Shown: positions 25,151 to 39,085 of the stretch, one piece after another
Numbering within the stretch: the stretch's first letter is position 1
Layout of the letters: the number at the start of each line of letters is the position of its first letter
Assembly: GCF_006345805.1 (NCBI RefSeq)
Contig: NC_042998.1
Span: forward strand, 139,562,001-139,626,000
Length of the DNA: 64,000 nucleotides
Direction of reading: 5' to 3'
DNA from: Octopus sinensis
Lineage: Eukaryota
Notes under the pieces: model-generated
What the model saw: the letters and a program-made list of their open reading frames with translations, nothing else
What the model was told of the DNA's origin: nothing
The model's database searches: none
Translations under genes and position numbers: made by a program

Positions 25151-28097
25151 TCCACTAATATAAGAAAAATACCTGCTGCCTTGTAGGGTAATATTTTGAG
25201 CGTTAAAAAAAGGCTAAGGACATAAACTCCTAAAGAAAACCCGTTGTCAGGAAACGCTAAGGCAGATATGTACGGTTCTACTTAATCAGTATCTTGCATC
25301 TCCTGTGACTCCAAGGATACTGCAAACGTATTGAGTTGTCTTTCCTTTGTAGCATATCCATGAGTGGAGAGGTGTTAAGTGCCCTCGGGACTAGGCACTC
25401 GCTTCATGAAACAGTCTAGACACAACAGATGTGGTTAAGTTACTGTCTATGCAATACCGTCAACCATCGCCGAAAAGCGCCAACCTCGCCAACTTTTTCA
25501 TATAACTTACATAAATGTAGTTTGAACCAACATTTTGGAATATAATGCAATTATAGATGATCAATTGAGTCGACAAATTGTTAAGAATCTCCAGTTAGGT
25601 TTTAAATTTTATAGATTTAACTTCGAGATATTATCCAAATACCAGCTCTTTTCTTTGCAGAGGTGTTCGTTCCCTCATATCGTGGTGGATGGTCATTGCT
25701 TAATTCTTGCAAATGTCTATCTGGAGTTGAAATTTGAATGTGATGGACAACGAACGAAACGAACATAGATTGCAATTTGCTTAATAAAAATTTCATCATT
25801 AACTATTACTTTAAGCCAGTCATTTTTGTTTAGATTTGTTTTATATAATCCTTGAAAAATTACAGCCAATCCCACGTTGTTGCTTTTTTTCGCTAGATCT
25901 CTTGCAATTAAACTGACGTTTTTCTAATAATAAATGTCTTTGTTGTTTTCGTACTGCACTTTATTATCACTGGCAACTGTGTTTGCAAGCCACTGCTAGA
26001 TGTAAATGGGGATGCAATAGAAATCATACGATAAGTTTGAAGATTTCTAGTACGGGTCTGCCAAATAATTTTGTATTCACGTGTACAATAAAATGGAGAC
26101 AAATCTTTCTGAAGAGCACCAATGAATACATTTAGCTAAGATGATATCTTCCTGAACTTGAAACCATTGCTACGTAAAGTAACAATTTGAGCCCCCTTTT
26201 TTTATTCGAATGATAGTTCCATAAATTTATAAAATATTTATGTATTTTGCCATATTAGAAATGTCAAACAAAACATGAAAATATAATCTAATATCTCATC
26301 GTTCATATATTATAAAACGTTATATAAATTAACTTTGCTACTTGCAATTATCTAGTTGGTAATTAGTTTTTTTAAAAAAGTCTTTATTTCAAAATATGAT
26401 TGGAAAAAATTACTGAATTTCAGCTTTGCATTGAAACTTTTGACTGGAACTGTACATGTATGTATGTATGTATGTATGTATGTATGTATGTATGTATGTA
26501 TGTATGTATGTATGTATGTATGTATGTATGTATGTATGTTGGTAGGTAGGTATGTATGTATGTATGTATGTAGGTAGGTAGGTAGGTGGGTAGATAGGTA
26601 GGTAGGTAAGTAGGTAGGTAGGTAGGTATATGTATGTATCAGGCGGGCATATTTTAGTTTCTGTCTGCCAAATCCACTTATTCCTTTACTAAAAAAAAAG
26701 AATTGGCTGTTGATAATAGGTAAGTACCATTGTTTGCATCTATATCCTCTATGTATAAAGATGCATGTATAAATTTAGGAAAACTAACGAAGCAGACAAA
26801 ATCTCGATACAGTATATATAGAAAGACGAGGTGTAAGGGTGGAAAATTTGATAATTGACGCAAATGCTAGCTAAGTATATCGCCGAATAGTATTAAACAA
26901 TTATGCTAAAACATATCTGAATGAGGTTAACAAACTAACGGTTCGTTGGCTTCGATCGGGCCATAATCCTTTGCACTATATTCTTTTACGGACAGTTCGT
27001 ATAGGAATCGCCTTTACGCTTTTGTGGAAACCATTCAGAAATTACGAGGCATTATTTGTTCGAATACAAATTTATCAGTCTGAGACAGAGGACATTTTAA
27101 AAACGATTATTTCAAAGGATCCATCCATCCATTCCCTCAGCTAGTTAGCCAACCAGCGAGCCAGCATCTCCGCTCATGTTTCCTGGGAAGGTCGTGAAGG
27201 TAGTCCTCAGACATCTCTTGCATAGGATTCTATCAGAAGCAAGCACCGTCACATTTTCCAATTACACTTTTCGCCGGTTCAATACAAATACCAGCTTGGT
27301 GTCCCGTACGAATAAAACAACCACAAGCTGTAATAGGAAAAGAGATCGAAAGAACAACCGAATCGTAAAGTTCGTCGTGTTGATTTAACAGGGGACGCGT
27401 TCAGTTCTTAGATAGAGAAGTCCGTTTGAAAAATATATTGCAGTCTCGCCCCAATGCGGTACAACCAGTAACAAGCCTACAAAGTGTTCCGGAAAGCATG
27501 AAATAGGAACACAAACGATGTGTCTCCCAAGACCCCAAAGCGGGTCCACGAGGGAGCCACCGTTAGTGATTCAGTATATATCAAACATAAATAAGATCTT
27601 CCCTATTTTTCCCTATTTTCACTTTTTACTGGTTTCAATCATTAGACTGCGGCCATGCTGGGGTAACACCTTGAAGAATTTTAGTTGCAAATTAGTATAG
27701 GCAAAAGTAGCAGTAGTGTGGTGGTGGTAGCTGAAGCTGTGTTAGTATCGGCAGTGAATAAAAAAAACCTCACTAGTTTATATTTAGCTAGTATTGGGTT
27801 TTAATTCCTCTTATTGTGTATAATTTTAATTTATATTGACTCAGGTCGACTTATGGACATATGTAGGTCTGTGTATCAGTTTGTGGTTATGTGTGTATAT
27901 GTGTGTGGTTGTGTGTGGTTGTGTGTGTGTGTGGTGTGTGTGTGTGTGTGTGTGTGCGTGCGTATGCGTGCGTGTATTCAATTTTGTGTGAACGCATCCG
28001 TCAAACATGCATACACACACACGCATATTCGTATCTCTGCTTTGCGTTTTTATGTATGTGCATGAGCGTACGTATAAAAGTGTGTTTAAATATGTGT

Positions 28098-28131
<34 letters not shown>

Positions 28132-28192
28132 CTGTGCACGTTTATATTTATCCAAATAATATACGTAGATATATGGATATGTGTATGCGTAT

Positions 28193-28244
<52 letters not shown>

Positions 28245-28248
<4 letters not shown>

Positions 28249-28410
28249 CGGGAAGCTTTATGAAAATAAACAAAAGACGAAGGCAGGTGGAAAGACAAAC
28301 GAACAATTGTATTAGTATGGCGCTCAGGAAATATAAATAAAACAAGTCTTTAACGTTCGAGCCACGCTCTTCAACAGAAAGATACACAGAGAGAGAAAAA
28401 CACAGAAAGA
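28245..28410 (-). mobile_element. Penelope-like terminal relic, family 1
   Basis: Near-identical to 4918-5110, including the hammerhead-like fold at 28347-28382. Confidence 0.6.
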
Positions 28411-28464
28411 AGGAGAAAAAATATATGTTATATATATTATATATACATGTGTGTGTATAATATG

Positions 28465-28540
<76 letters not shown>

Positions 28541-28954
28541 TGTGTGTGTGTGTATGTAGATACACATGTATATGTGTTATATATATCACATATACATGTG
28601 TGTGTATATATACATATATGTATACACACTACCCACACATATATATTATATATAAATTTATATAATATATATTATATATATATATATAATGCATATATAT
28701 ATATATATATATATACATGCATACATACATACTTTCACACATGCATACATAGATATACAGATATGTGTGTATGGCTATGTGTGTGTTACTGCGTGAAAAT
28801 GGTATTTATTTGTTAATTTATTTATTCATTTGTTAAGGTTTCTCGTTACGAAAATACAAAAATCTAAAAATATAAGAAACCCCCTCAAAAAAATAATAAA
28901 GCAAAAGAAGTAAAAATAAACTAAAAACAAAGCAAATATATATATTGTATATAT

Positions 28955-29031
<77 letters not shown>

Positions 29032-29254
29032 AGGAACGTGTAAAATATCTACTGTATCTTAGAGTCTCTTGACACCACTTACATAAAAATACATTTGTTA
29101 TGAAATGCTTTTGTCGTCCCGGAGGCTGAAGGAGGGGAAAAAAGATTCGGCCACTAGGCGGTGCTGACATTTCAACAGCGTTATGTCTGCTTTTCCCGAC
29201 GGAGACTGCACAAGGCTGACGTGGCCACTCTCCAACAAACTGTTGGCCAGAACA

Positions 29255-29297
<43 letters not shown>

Positions 29298-29389
29298 GTG
29301 TGGTGTGTGTGTGCGTGCGTGTGTGTATGTGCGTGTGTGGGAGAGAGAAAGAGAAAGAAAGAAACAGAGTGAGAGAGAGAGAGAGAAAC

Positions 29390-29428
<39 letters not shown>

Positions 29429-29445
29429 GAGAGAGAGAGAAACAC

Positions 29446-29488
<43 letters not shown>

Positions 29489-30319
29489 CAGAGAGAGAGA
29501 GAGACAGAGAGAGAGAGAGAAAGACTATATGCGTGCGTATCTGTGTGTTTACGTGTATTTAGACTGTTCGTGCGTGTGTCTTTGCAATAACAAATTAATA
29601 GAGATAAAAAAAAAATTCACGATGAAAGTTGCAGCATGAGTATATGCGACGGTGGTGGTGGTAGTGATGGTGGTGGTTGTGGTGATGGTGGTACTTGTAG
29701 TGATTGTGGTGGTAGCGGCGGCGGTGGTGACGGCTGCTGCTGCTGCGGTGGTGGTGGTGGTGGTGGTGGTAGTGGTTAGTGGCGATGTGTGTACACTCCT
29801 TTGCTTAACTTGAAAACTATTAACGGGAACAAAATGATGGTCTTCAGTGCAGTGAGTTTGGAATTAACCAACTCTGACATTTGCAGCCAAACAACCATCT
29901 TCGTCGTCTTCCATCTACTAACTAGCCGATCTGTGACGAACGGAAACGAGCTAATTCGAGCTAAGTCGAGTTAAATCGAGCCGTGTCGAATCGACCCGAA
30001 ATGGACTGCGTCGCAATTGACCAATTGATTGGAAAACCAATCTCTTCTTGCGTACATTCATATATGTTTGCATACAGATACACATATAAGCATTGTGACG
30101 CATACACACACACACGCACACACATACATAAACACACATGCACATACGCACACTTACATGCACACTCACGCACACACACATGCACATATGTACACTTACG
30201 CACATACACAGACGCACACATACGCACACGCACACATACGCACACTTACATGCACACTCACGCACACACACATGCACATACGTACACTTACACATACACA
30301 CACATGCACATATACACAC

Positions 30320-30375
<56 letters not shown>

Positions 30376-30577
30376 AGTAACGCTTCTCATAATAACGTGT
30401 TAATTGCATCAGAACGGAATAGTCTGCGCGTGTAAGTGTATATAAAAGCTTAATTGCCAGCACGTGTTTGGGGTTTAACTGAAAGCGAAGCTGGACAATG
30501 TCATCTTAGCCTAAAAGTCAGCAGGCTTGAGCCATTGACAAAAGACTCGGGATTCAATACTGTTATTTTATATATGG

Positions 30578-30613
<36 letters not shown>

Positions 30614-31261
30614 ATGTGTGTGTGTGTGTGTATGTTTGTGCTTGGGGGTGTGCACGCGCACGCCTGTAGAATTATGTGTATGTTTTTATGCAGTTGATCT
30701 TCAGAATAAGACTTATTTCCAAATTTCTGAATGCTTCGAGATAACACTAAAATAAACACAGACACGCACACATACATGAGAGGTGGGACAAAATGAGAAA
30801 TATTTACTGCATTTTTGACTTCGAGAAAAAAATATTTTTTACAAATGTTCTCGACCATACAAAAGCTATATCAGCTAAGAAAATGATCTCTAAATACACC
30901 AACTGTATTAAAAACATTATAATATATTCAGAACACTATTTCAGAAAATTATCTCCCTTCTCTTTGAGCATACTAAAAGACAAACTTAAGTGGGTAAAAT
31001 GAGTAAGACAAAATAAAAGTGGTTCTCTTCAGTTATTCAGAACTGTATCCATCCTTAGACATCAGAAATATCAGAAATGCAGCAAAAATTAAAGATATCT
31101 GGGGTGATGGAAGAGGATAATAGAAAAATGGCAGATGAAATGAAATTAACGAAACTCGATTAAATCTAAAAATTTAACAGAATATTTTCTATAGCTTCTC
31201 CATGAGCTACTGGAGTGGCTCTCTTCTAGATATATTTATACATCATGCAGTTGTTTCATCC

Positions 31262-31546
31262 TTCTCGAGCCACGCCTGGCTCATAAGGGCCGGTTTCACG
31301 GTTTCCCTGGCGTATAGGTTCCCCACCTGGACGGGACGCCGGTCCGTCGCAGGTGAGCTGCAAGATGCAGGAGGAAAGAGTGAGAGTAAGTTGTGGCGAA
31401 ATAGTCAGCAGAAGTTCGCTATTACCTTCTGCCGGAGCCGCGCGGAGCTTAGGTGTTTCGCTCATAAACACACACATCGCCCGGTCTGAGATTCGATCCT
31501 GCGACCGCGAGTCCGCTACTCTAACTACTAGGCCATGTGCCTCCAC
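31262..31546 (-). mobile_element. tRNA-headed SINE; head shared with family B, different body
   Basis: Minus-strand head ggaggcacatggcctagtagttagagtagcggactcgcggtcgcaggatcgaatctcagaccggg; tail cctgcgacggaccggcgtcccgtccagg. Confidence 0.75.
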
Positions 31547-32119
31547 ACATCATGCAGTTAAAGAGAAGAAATTATTGAAACTAGTCTTTATTCGTTTTGC
31601 CTCGCTTTAGACATCGTATATTTGGAAATAGAAAATTATCAAATTAGTCAATTAGTCTGGTAAAAAAATTGACGTGGAATCTAACAGAAAAAAGTATTTT
31701 GATTGTTAAACACTAAAAATCATCCAGATATTTTATTAGCAACCTTAATTACAATCGGGTCGAAATTGAAAATTTCTTGAAAGATAACAGAAGCACCTGT
31801 CATCTATGTCTCAAACTCTCTCAACTTCAACAATGCCGTCCAATTTTTACTCCTAAAGTTGATGCAACAGTACAAAATGGTGATGCAACACTTGCAATGT
31901 AATGGATTCAAACAGGTAATGAGAAAATAACGAAAAATCAGAAATTACTCATTTTGCACCACACACCATAATCACTCTTGTGCAAGTTGGGTCGGGTGAT
32001 TAGAAGAAGCGTTATAGAGTCAGATAAAATGATTGCGGTATTTCTTCGGACTCTTCACGCGCAGATAAACTGTCACTGCCCACCAAATTTTTGGCCCTGT
32101 GCATATAATATATGTGTAT

Positions 32120-32182
<63 letters not shown>

Positions 32183-32629
32183 CAAAATGGGACAAGAACG
32201 CAAAACATCCGGACAACTAGATGAGACAAAAAGGGACAACAAAACATCCATATAGACGATACAAAAAAAAACAAGGACGGATCATTCGAAGCCTTTTATC
32301 TTCAGTCAGTTACTGGATCATCCTCGCAATATGCATGTATGTATACATGCATACATACATACATACATTACATACATACATACATACATACATAATATAA
32401 ATGATGTATATATATGCATATATAGACACATATGTACATACATACATATGTATGTATATTGGTACGCACATATAGGTACAGGACATCACAAAACATAAAC
32501 AACAAGAAATACGAAAATAACGTTGGGTGCGCAAAGAACGAGAGAAAGAAATGGAAAAGAAGACAAGTAACATAAAAAACGACCCTTCATCAGTTGTTGG
32601 CTGTCGGTCTGCTCCTTATTTCGTGCAAT

Positions 32630-33830
32630 GAATGACAAGATAAGACTTTGAAGGCACTTGCTCCCGCGAACAAAAATAAAATTTGGGATTTGCGGAGGTT
32701 CAAATTCATTTCAAATCCAAACAAAAAGCGAAGAAGAAATTTCAGTTTTCCATGAGAATCTTCAGTCAATTCTTAAGGATCCTAACTTTCCCCTAGATTC
32801 TTCTCTTGAAATTCTTTGGGAACATTTAAAACCAGCCAACTACATTCCTCTGAAGAAATCCTTTAGTTTTTCCATAAAAGAAGGACAGGAACTGGTCGGA
32901 TGAAAACAATCTGGAGATTCAGGATTGTTGGCTGAGAAGCCTACTCATTAGATGCATCTTTCTTGGCCGTCTAGTCTTGATTTTAAAAATGCAGAATTCG
33001 AACTTGTGTGCAGCAAAGGCCAGGGCAGGTTTCGAGTGCTTCGGAACGGGTGCTGGACCAGACTTGGAAAGTGGATGGAGTTTTCGTACAGACATTAGTG
33101 ATTGCAGAAGTTTTTCTGTGGTTCTAAAGGTATAAGGCCCTTCGCATCAAATCAGACCAGAATTCTTTATTCAGTACGGACGAACAAGCACTCAATAGTC
33201 GAAGCATTTCAAGACGATTCTTTGTACTCACCTGCTCAGGCCATGATTCAACAATTTATTGCATTTGTCATCAGTCGAAGAAAACAGATCTGGGCGGTTT
33301 CGAATGTCAGAAGAGACTGCAAATGCTAAAAAGCAGTTGAAAAATGGAAAGTCAGTATGAAGTTGATGGAATCCCAACAGAAATGTAGAAGAATGGGAGC
33401 CCGATGTTGCACACCGAACTTCATGAGTTCCTTCTCCTTTGCTGGAAACAAGACAAACTACCACAGGACTTCTGTGATGCAGCCATCATCACCTTGTAAA
33501 AGAATAGGCGAAGGTAAAAGACCAACTGATTTAATTACTGGGGAATTATTCTGCTTTCAATGAAGAAAAAAATCTTCGCAAGAATAACTTCTGAAAAATA
33601 AACCCGTCGATGTAAAAGAGCATAGCCCAAAGAACTAATTTAGACTTAGAACAAACAAGAGTACTATTAACAAGGTATTTATTCCAAGCAGCCCAAGAGA
33701 AATGTAGGGAACCGAACAAGTGATTGTACATGGCGTTTGTCTTTTATAGGCCTTACCAAAGCATTCAACAGTGTGAGTAGGAAGGATCTGCAGAACAACT
33801 ATGGAACGACTAAGATGCACCATTTACAAA
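32630..33830 (+). mobile_element. RTE-clade LINE fragment (RT N-terminal half), heavily decayed
   Basis: DGIPTEM, LLLCWKQDKLPQDFCDAAIITL, NYWGIILLS and LTKAFNSVSR. Confidence 0.75.
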
Positions 33831-33972
33831 AGAAAAAAAAATCATCATCATTGTCATTCTGCTATATGAGGATCAGCGTGGCCAAATGAGACACAAAAAC
33901 GAACTCACGAAGTACTTCGCAATAGGAAATGTTATAGAGCAGAGCGGTGTCTTCATATCTGTATTCTTCTTC

Positions 33973-33973
<1 letters not shown>

Positions 33974-34065
<92 letters not shown>

Positions 34066-34066
34066 T
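33974..34066 (+). repeat. (ATC)n trinucleotide microsatellite
   Basis: Read directly; source of the poly-M and poly-I pseudo-ORFs. Confidence 0.97.
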
Positions 34067-35276
34067 TTATATGATATTCGTTAGGACTATAGAAAACCTA
34101 GATGGCAGCCTATTGAAATTCAAGGACTACAATTATACACGAAGCTACTGGAACAACTAACCCAGCTGCTTTGCCGACTATACTGCACTTGCTGCCCATA
34201 TAGAGTCATCTGTGCAACATATAACATCCTACTTCGTATCCCACTCCCCAATCTCTCAGGAAAATTACTATTCTCTCTATAATCACAATCGACCATAATT
34301 ACCAAATAGTAATTATGAACAACTTCACCCGAGAAAGAAAGATAATCTCAAGACTCAAGAATTCTCCAAAGTTGACTTACCATTTAGGAAAAGGACGGGT
34401 TTATTGTGTGGAGAGGAACGGTAGCTTTCATCAGTGTGACAATTTTCCGACCTTATCTCCAGTAGCCAAGGGACTTAGACATATAAAAAAAGAGTAGAAC
34501 ATTTTTATGGCCAAGGTAATTTGTATAATTTAAACAAAAACGAACCAGGAGAAATAACCCAGAGGCACGTATTTGAATAACAGAGACACCATAGATATCA
34601 TGCTTAAAATTCATATTAAAAATGCATATATTGATTGATTAAGGGGGAAAAACGTGTTGCGTGACATCAAATTATGCGTGAATACAAAATAAAAGCAATT
34701 ACTAAGAAGAAAAATTCCCTGTGTATGCTTTTTATCTTTCCCGAACCAAGCGAATAAACACAGAAGAAGTAAACGTTATTATTCTTTTATCTATTCCTTG
34801 AAACCCATTTAACCAATATATTTCACATAATTCAGGGTAAAGCTTAGTTTTATAAAGTACATTTGACCTTTTAGTCAAGAGAATTCCCTGGACATATCTA
34901 TTCACGAAGATAGTGGCTTCCCAGGGGAAAAAAGTAAAGTTTGATTGGAATAGCGCCAATGTAAGACGGATTAAAGCAGGTTTATCATAAATTAGATGTT
35001 TACTCTAGACTGATAACCTATTATAAACTACGTAAAATCAGTGATGGATTTAAAAATAACTCTACTGTTGTTTAAAGGTACAAATAATGTAGATAATATT
35101 TTGCATGGATTCATTGATGAACTCTACGCGAAATCATCATAATGTTCCTTCGGAAGTATCCGTCCATTTTTATCAACTTTGACGCAAAGCCACATATTTG
35201 GGTGGGTTTTATACAAACATACATACATACATACATACATAATACATACATACATACATACATACATACATACGCA

Positions 35277-35307
<31 letters not shown>

Positions 35308-35309
35308 GC

Positions 35310-35375
<66 letters not shown>

Positions 35376-35879
35376 ATATATAACACATATATAACACTTA
35401 GAAGCGCTCAACTGATTCAAGCTTATACTCCGATTCTTTATGAGGGACCGATTCTGTGGGATAAAGAGTGGCTATAAGAGGAATCAAGTTGAGCAGATAT
35501 GGTGGCAGTTATGCGGATAAACAAATTAAATAACAGCTGGGGTTTGATATACAAAATATGTCTGCATACATGCAAAACAAGAGAAAGCAGAGACTAAGGG
35601 ATTTCAGACAATAAATATTTAAGTATAAATATATACATATTTATATCAATTGATCAAACTTCCACAGAGTATAGACTACCTCTGTCTGAAAGTCTTTAGT
35701 CTTTGCTTTCTCTCGTTTAGCATGTATGTATACATACATATTTTGTATATCAAACCGAAGCTGGTTTATTTAATTTATTTATCTGCATGATTGCCTCTCT
35801 ATAAGTATGTATGTATGTATGTATGTATGTATGTATGTATGTATGTATGTATGTATGTATGTATGTATGTATGTATGTA

Positions 35880-36690
35880 TGCAACCTTCTCAAATCATGC
35901 AAACGAGACCTCACAAAGCCATTGCACCTTCTGAATGAAATACAGACAGGAGATAGTGGCCCAGGAGTGATTTCAATCCTTGAATCAAAATGAATGCGCG
36001 ATCTAGGTACTAACATGAGTAATGATGCGTCTTTCCAGGTGCATATTTTAAAGTTGGCAATGAAATGAGGACGGTTGCTCATATGGATCCTTTGAAATTT
36101 TAGAATGAGAGAACAGGGAGACATGATGGTTCTCTGGAAGACATTTGTCCTCAGTCGCTTAGACTACTGCTTCCATCTATGGTCCCCACACAGTGAAAGA
36201 TTAACAGCGGAACTAGAAAGAATCTAGCGAGGCTACACAAAGAATATAGTTTCAATGTAACGTGTGAGCTGCTGGGTAAGGTGGAAAAAGTTAAGATTAT
36301 ACTCCTTAGAACTAGGTGGGAAAGATATACTGTGATATACATCTGGAAAATCCTGGAAGGACAAGTACAAAACTTTGGCATCAAAAGTTACTCCCACACA
36401 GTAGAACGGACGCCACTGCATCATGGTGAAGATCTCAGCATCGCCATCAAGATACAGGACCAGACAGTGCAGCAGCTTGGGTTTCAAGGGCTCACAGCAC
36501 TTCAATACTCCTGCTCTCCACAGTCCCAAAAGCCTGAGAAACCTGCATGGTGTAGATGTTGGTACCTTCAAACGAAACTGGATCTCAATAACCAAATGCC
36601 ACATATCAGAGGAGGTTTCAACTAGTGAAGGTATAGCAAAGCTAACGGTGGTCCTCCAGCATGGGCACAGCTCTCGAGTTGCAACTTGTT
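35880..36690 (+). mobile_element. CR1-like LINE fragment (RT C-terminus and 3' end)
   Basis: RDLGTNMSND, VLWKTFVLSRLDYC..LWSP, RWERYTVIYIWKILEGQV and LRNLHGVDVGTFKR. Confidence 0.75.
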
Positions 36691-36759
36691 AAAATAATTA
36701 TATACGTATGTATATATATATATATATATATATGTATATGGAAGTATGGCATGTATATG

Positions 36760-36791
<32 letters not shown>

Positions 36792-36888
36792 TGTATGTAT
36801 GTATGTATGTATGTATGTATGTATGTATGTATGTGTGTGTATGTGTGTTTGTATGTGTGTGTATGTGTGTATATATATATATACACAC

Positions 36889-37210
36889 ATGGCTCAGCGG
36901 TTAGAGCGTTGAGGTTACAATCGTGAGGTTGTGAGTTCGATTCTCAGACCATGTTGCGTGTTGTGTTCTTGAGCAAGAACTTTATTTCACGTTACTCCAG
37001 TTAACTCAGCTGTAGAAATGAGTTGCGTCATCACTGGTGCCAAGGTGTATCGGCCTTTGCCTTTCCCTTGGATACATCAGTGGTGTGGGGAGGGGAGGCT
37101 GGTATGCATGGGTGACTGCTGGCCTTCCATAAACAACCTTGCCCGGACTTGTGTCTCGGACGGTAACTTTCTAGGTGCAATCCCATGGTCATTCATGACC
37201 GAAGGGGTTC
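36889..37210 (+). mobile_element. tRNA-headed SINE family D
   Basis: A box ggctcagcggttagagcg and B box gagttcgattctc, followed by a gtgttcttgagcaag body and a simple-repeat tail. Confidence 0.75.
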
Positions 37211-37437
37211 TCCTCCTCCTCCTCCTCCTCCTCTTCATATATATATAATTATAACAATGAGGGTCTTTGCAACAGGTTGCTAGACCACATACCGAAAGTA
37301 TTAGAAATAGCAGCCAGACGACTATTATTTCTGTTACTACAAAAATATGTCCCACAGACAACAGTATTTGTAACTCACTATGGCAAAGAAACGAAGAAAA
37401 ACAACGAAATCAAACATATTTCACCCCTTATCTGTAT

Positions 37438-37540
<103 letters not shown>

Positions 37541-37559
37541 TGTATATATTTGTCATTCT

Positions 37560-38030
37560 TCACAGTGATGCCAAAGACATGGCTGAGATCCTGCAAAGTC
37601 AATACTGCTCTGTTTTCAGTGACTCTGATTTAGTTGACTCAAGCAGTTTTGCTTCTTTGAACCCTCAAAATGTCCTTCCGACATAACCTTCGACGCCACT
37701 GATATCCTAGCAGCAATAAAAGAAATCAAACTTAATTCAGCAGTGGGTCCGGACAGGTTCCCTGCTAGAGTGCTGAAGGAATGTAGACAGCAACTTGCAG
37801 CTCCTCTTGCAAATGTCTGGAGGAAATCACTGGTTGCCGCTTTTATCCCTCAAAATCTTCTCTCCCAGTCAGTCGTTTCTATCTTTAAAAAGCGGAATAA
37901 ATCGCTCCCTATAAACTACCGTCCAGCCTCACTCATCTTACATATCATCAAAGTATTTGAGAATGTCGAGACAAAGAATAACAGCCTTCCTAGAAGAAAA
38001 TCATCTCCTAAATTGCAACCAGACGCCCGC
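37560..38030 (+). mobile_element. CR1-like LINE fragment (RT N-terminus)
   Basis: GPDRFPARVLKECRQQLAAPL..IFKK..NYRPASL..IIKVFE..FLEENHLLNCNQ. Confidence 0.8.
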
Positions 38031-38070
38031 AGAATGTACTCATGTATCCTCAGAACTTTTCAATCTAGGA

Positions 38071-38152
<82 letters not shown>

Positions 38153-38345
38153 GATAAATCTCAGAGCGAGTTATAAACAGTAGCGGTAACACACCGTGTT
38201 GCATATTTGCCATTTGAATATGGCTAACCCGTAAGGGTGGATGCTACTGTAGTTTGTAGCCCCAGGAAGATATCTCCTCCAGCTGGCTATAGACACACTA
38301 TCTGTGTCCTGTCAGTATTTGTGAAGGGGAGTCATATATATATAT

Positions 38346-38647
38346 GGAGGCGCAATGGCCCGGTTGTTAGGGTAGCGGACTCGCGGTCATAGGATCGCGG
38401 TTTCGATTCCCAGACCGGGCATTGTGAGTGTTTATTGAGCCAAAACACCTATAGCTCCATGAGGCTCCGGCAGGGGATGGTGGCGATCTCTGCTGTACTC
38501 TTTCGCCGCAACTTTCTCTCGCTCTTTCTTCTGTTGGCCTGCTCACTTAGCCAGCGGGGTGGCGTCATTTAAAGGCTAAAACAATGCGAAGCGCATTGTG
38601 ACCAGCGATGTGTAGCAACATCTGATAGCCTGGTCGGTCACATGATA
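38346..38647 (+). mobile_element. SINE family B, full-length-looking copy
   Basis: tRNA-like head ggaggcgcaatggcccggttgttaggg..gtttcgattccc. Other copies at 57426-57717 (-), 48878-48990 (-) and 53621-53715 (+). Confidence 0.85.
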
Positions 38648-38778
38648 TATATATATATTTTTTTCTTTTGCCCTTGTTTATAAGTTGTTTATAAATTTAA
38701 CCTTTAAAGGTATTTTTTAATATGCTGGCCATTGATAAAATTTTTTTTGAAAAATGTTATCCTATATCATATATATAT

Positions 38779-38825
<47 letters not shown>

Positions 38826-38929
38826 GACAACATTATTTACAACCAGTTACAGAGCACCAGAATATCTCGGGAGATAAGCGGGCAGTCACAAATATATTGT
38901 GTCTATTTCTCTCTCTCTCTCTCTTGCTT

Positions 38930-39085
38930 CCGTATTTTTCGACCTGAGTTCAAATCCCGTCAATATTGAGCTTGCTTTTCTACCCTTTCGGGGCGATAAA
39001 ATAAAGCATCATTTAAGTACTTCAGTTGATGGTATCGATTTACTCCTCCCCCACCAAATTAAGGGCATTGTTCCAAAATATAAAA
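38930..39085 (+). mobile_element. SINE family C copy
   Basis: gagttcaaatccc..ctaccctttcggggcgataaaataaag..ggcattgttccaaaa. Confidence 0.7.

Noticed and set aside
29640-29790. Gly/Val-rich GGT tract, and the AAC tract at 46480-46670
   Set aside because: Low-complexity trinucleotide decay with no supported exon structure.
33873-34074. Poly-Met and poly-Ile ORFs
   Set aside because: (ATC)n repeat with no splice or coding context.
34560-35050. Possible Penelope RT (RYVQGI resembling RYVDDI)
   Set aside because: A single weak motif with no supporting neighbours.
36889-36950. tRNA-like sequence
   Set aside because: A and B boxes are present, but there is no acceptor stem or clean cloverleaf, and it continues into a SINE body. 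The same applies to the other SINE heads.
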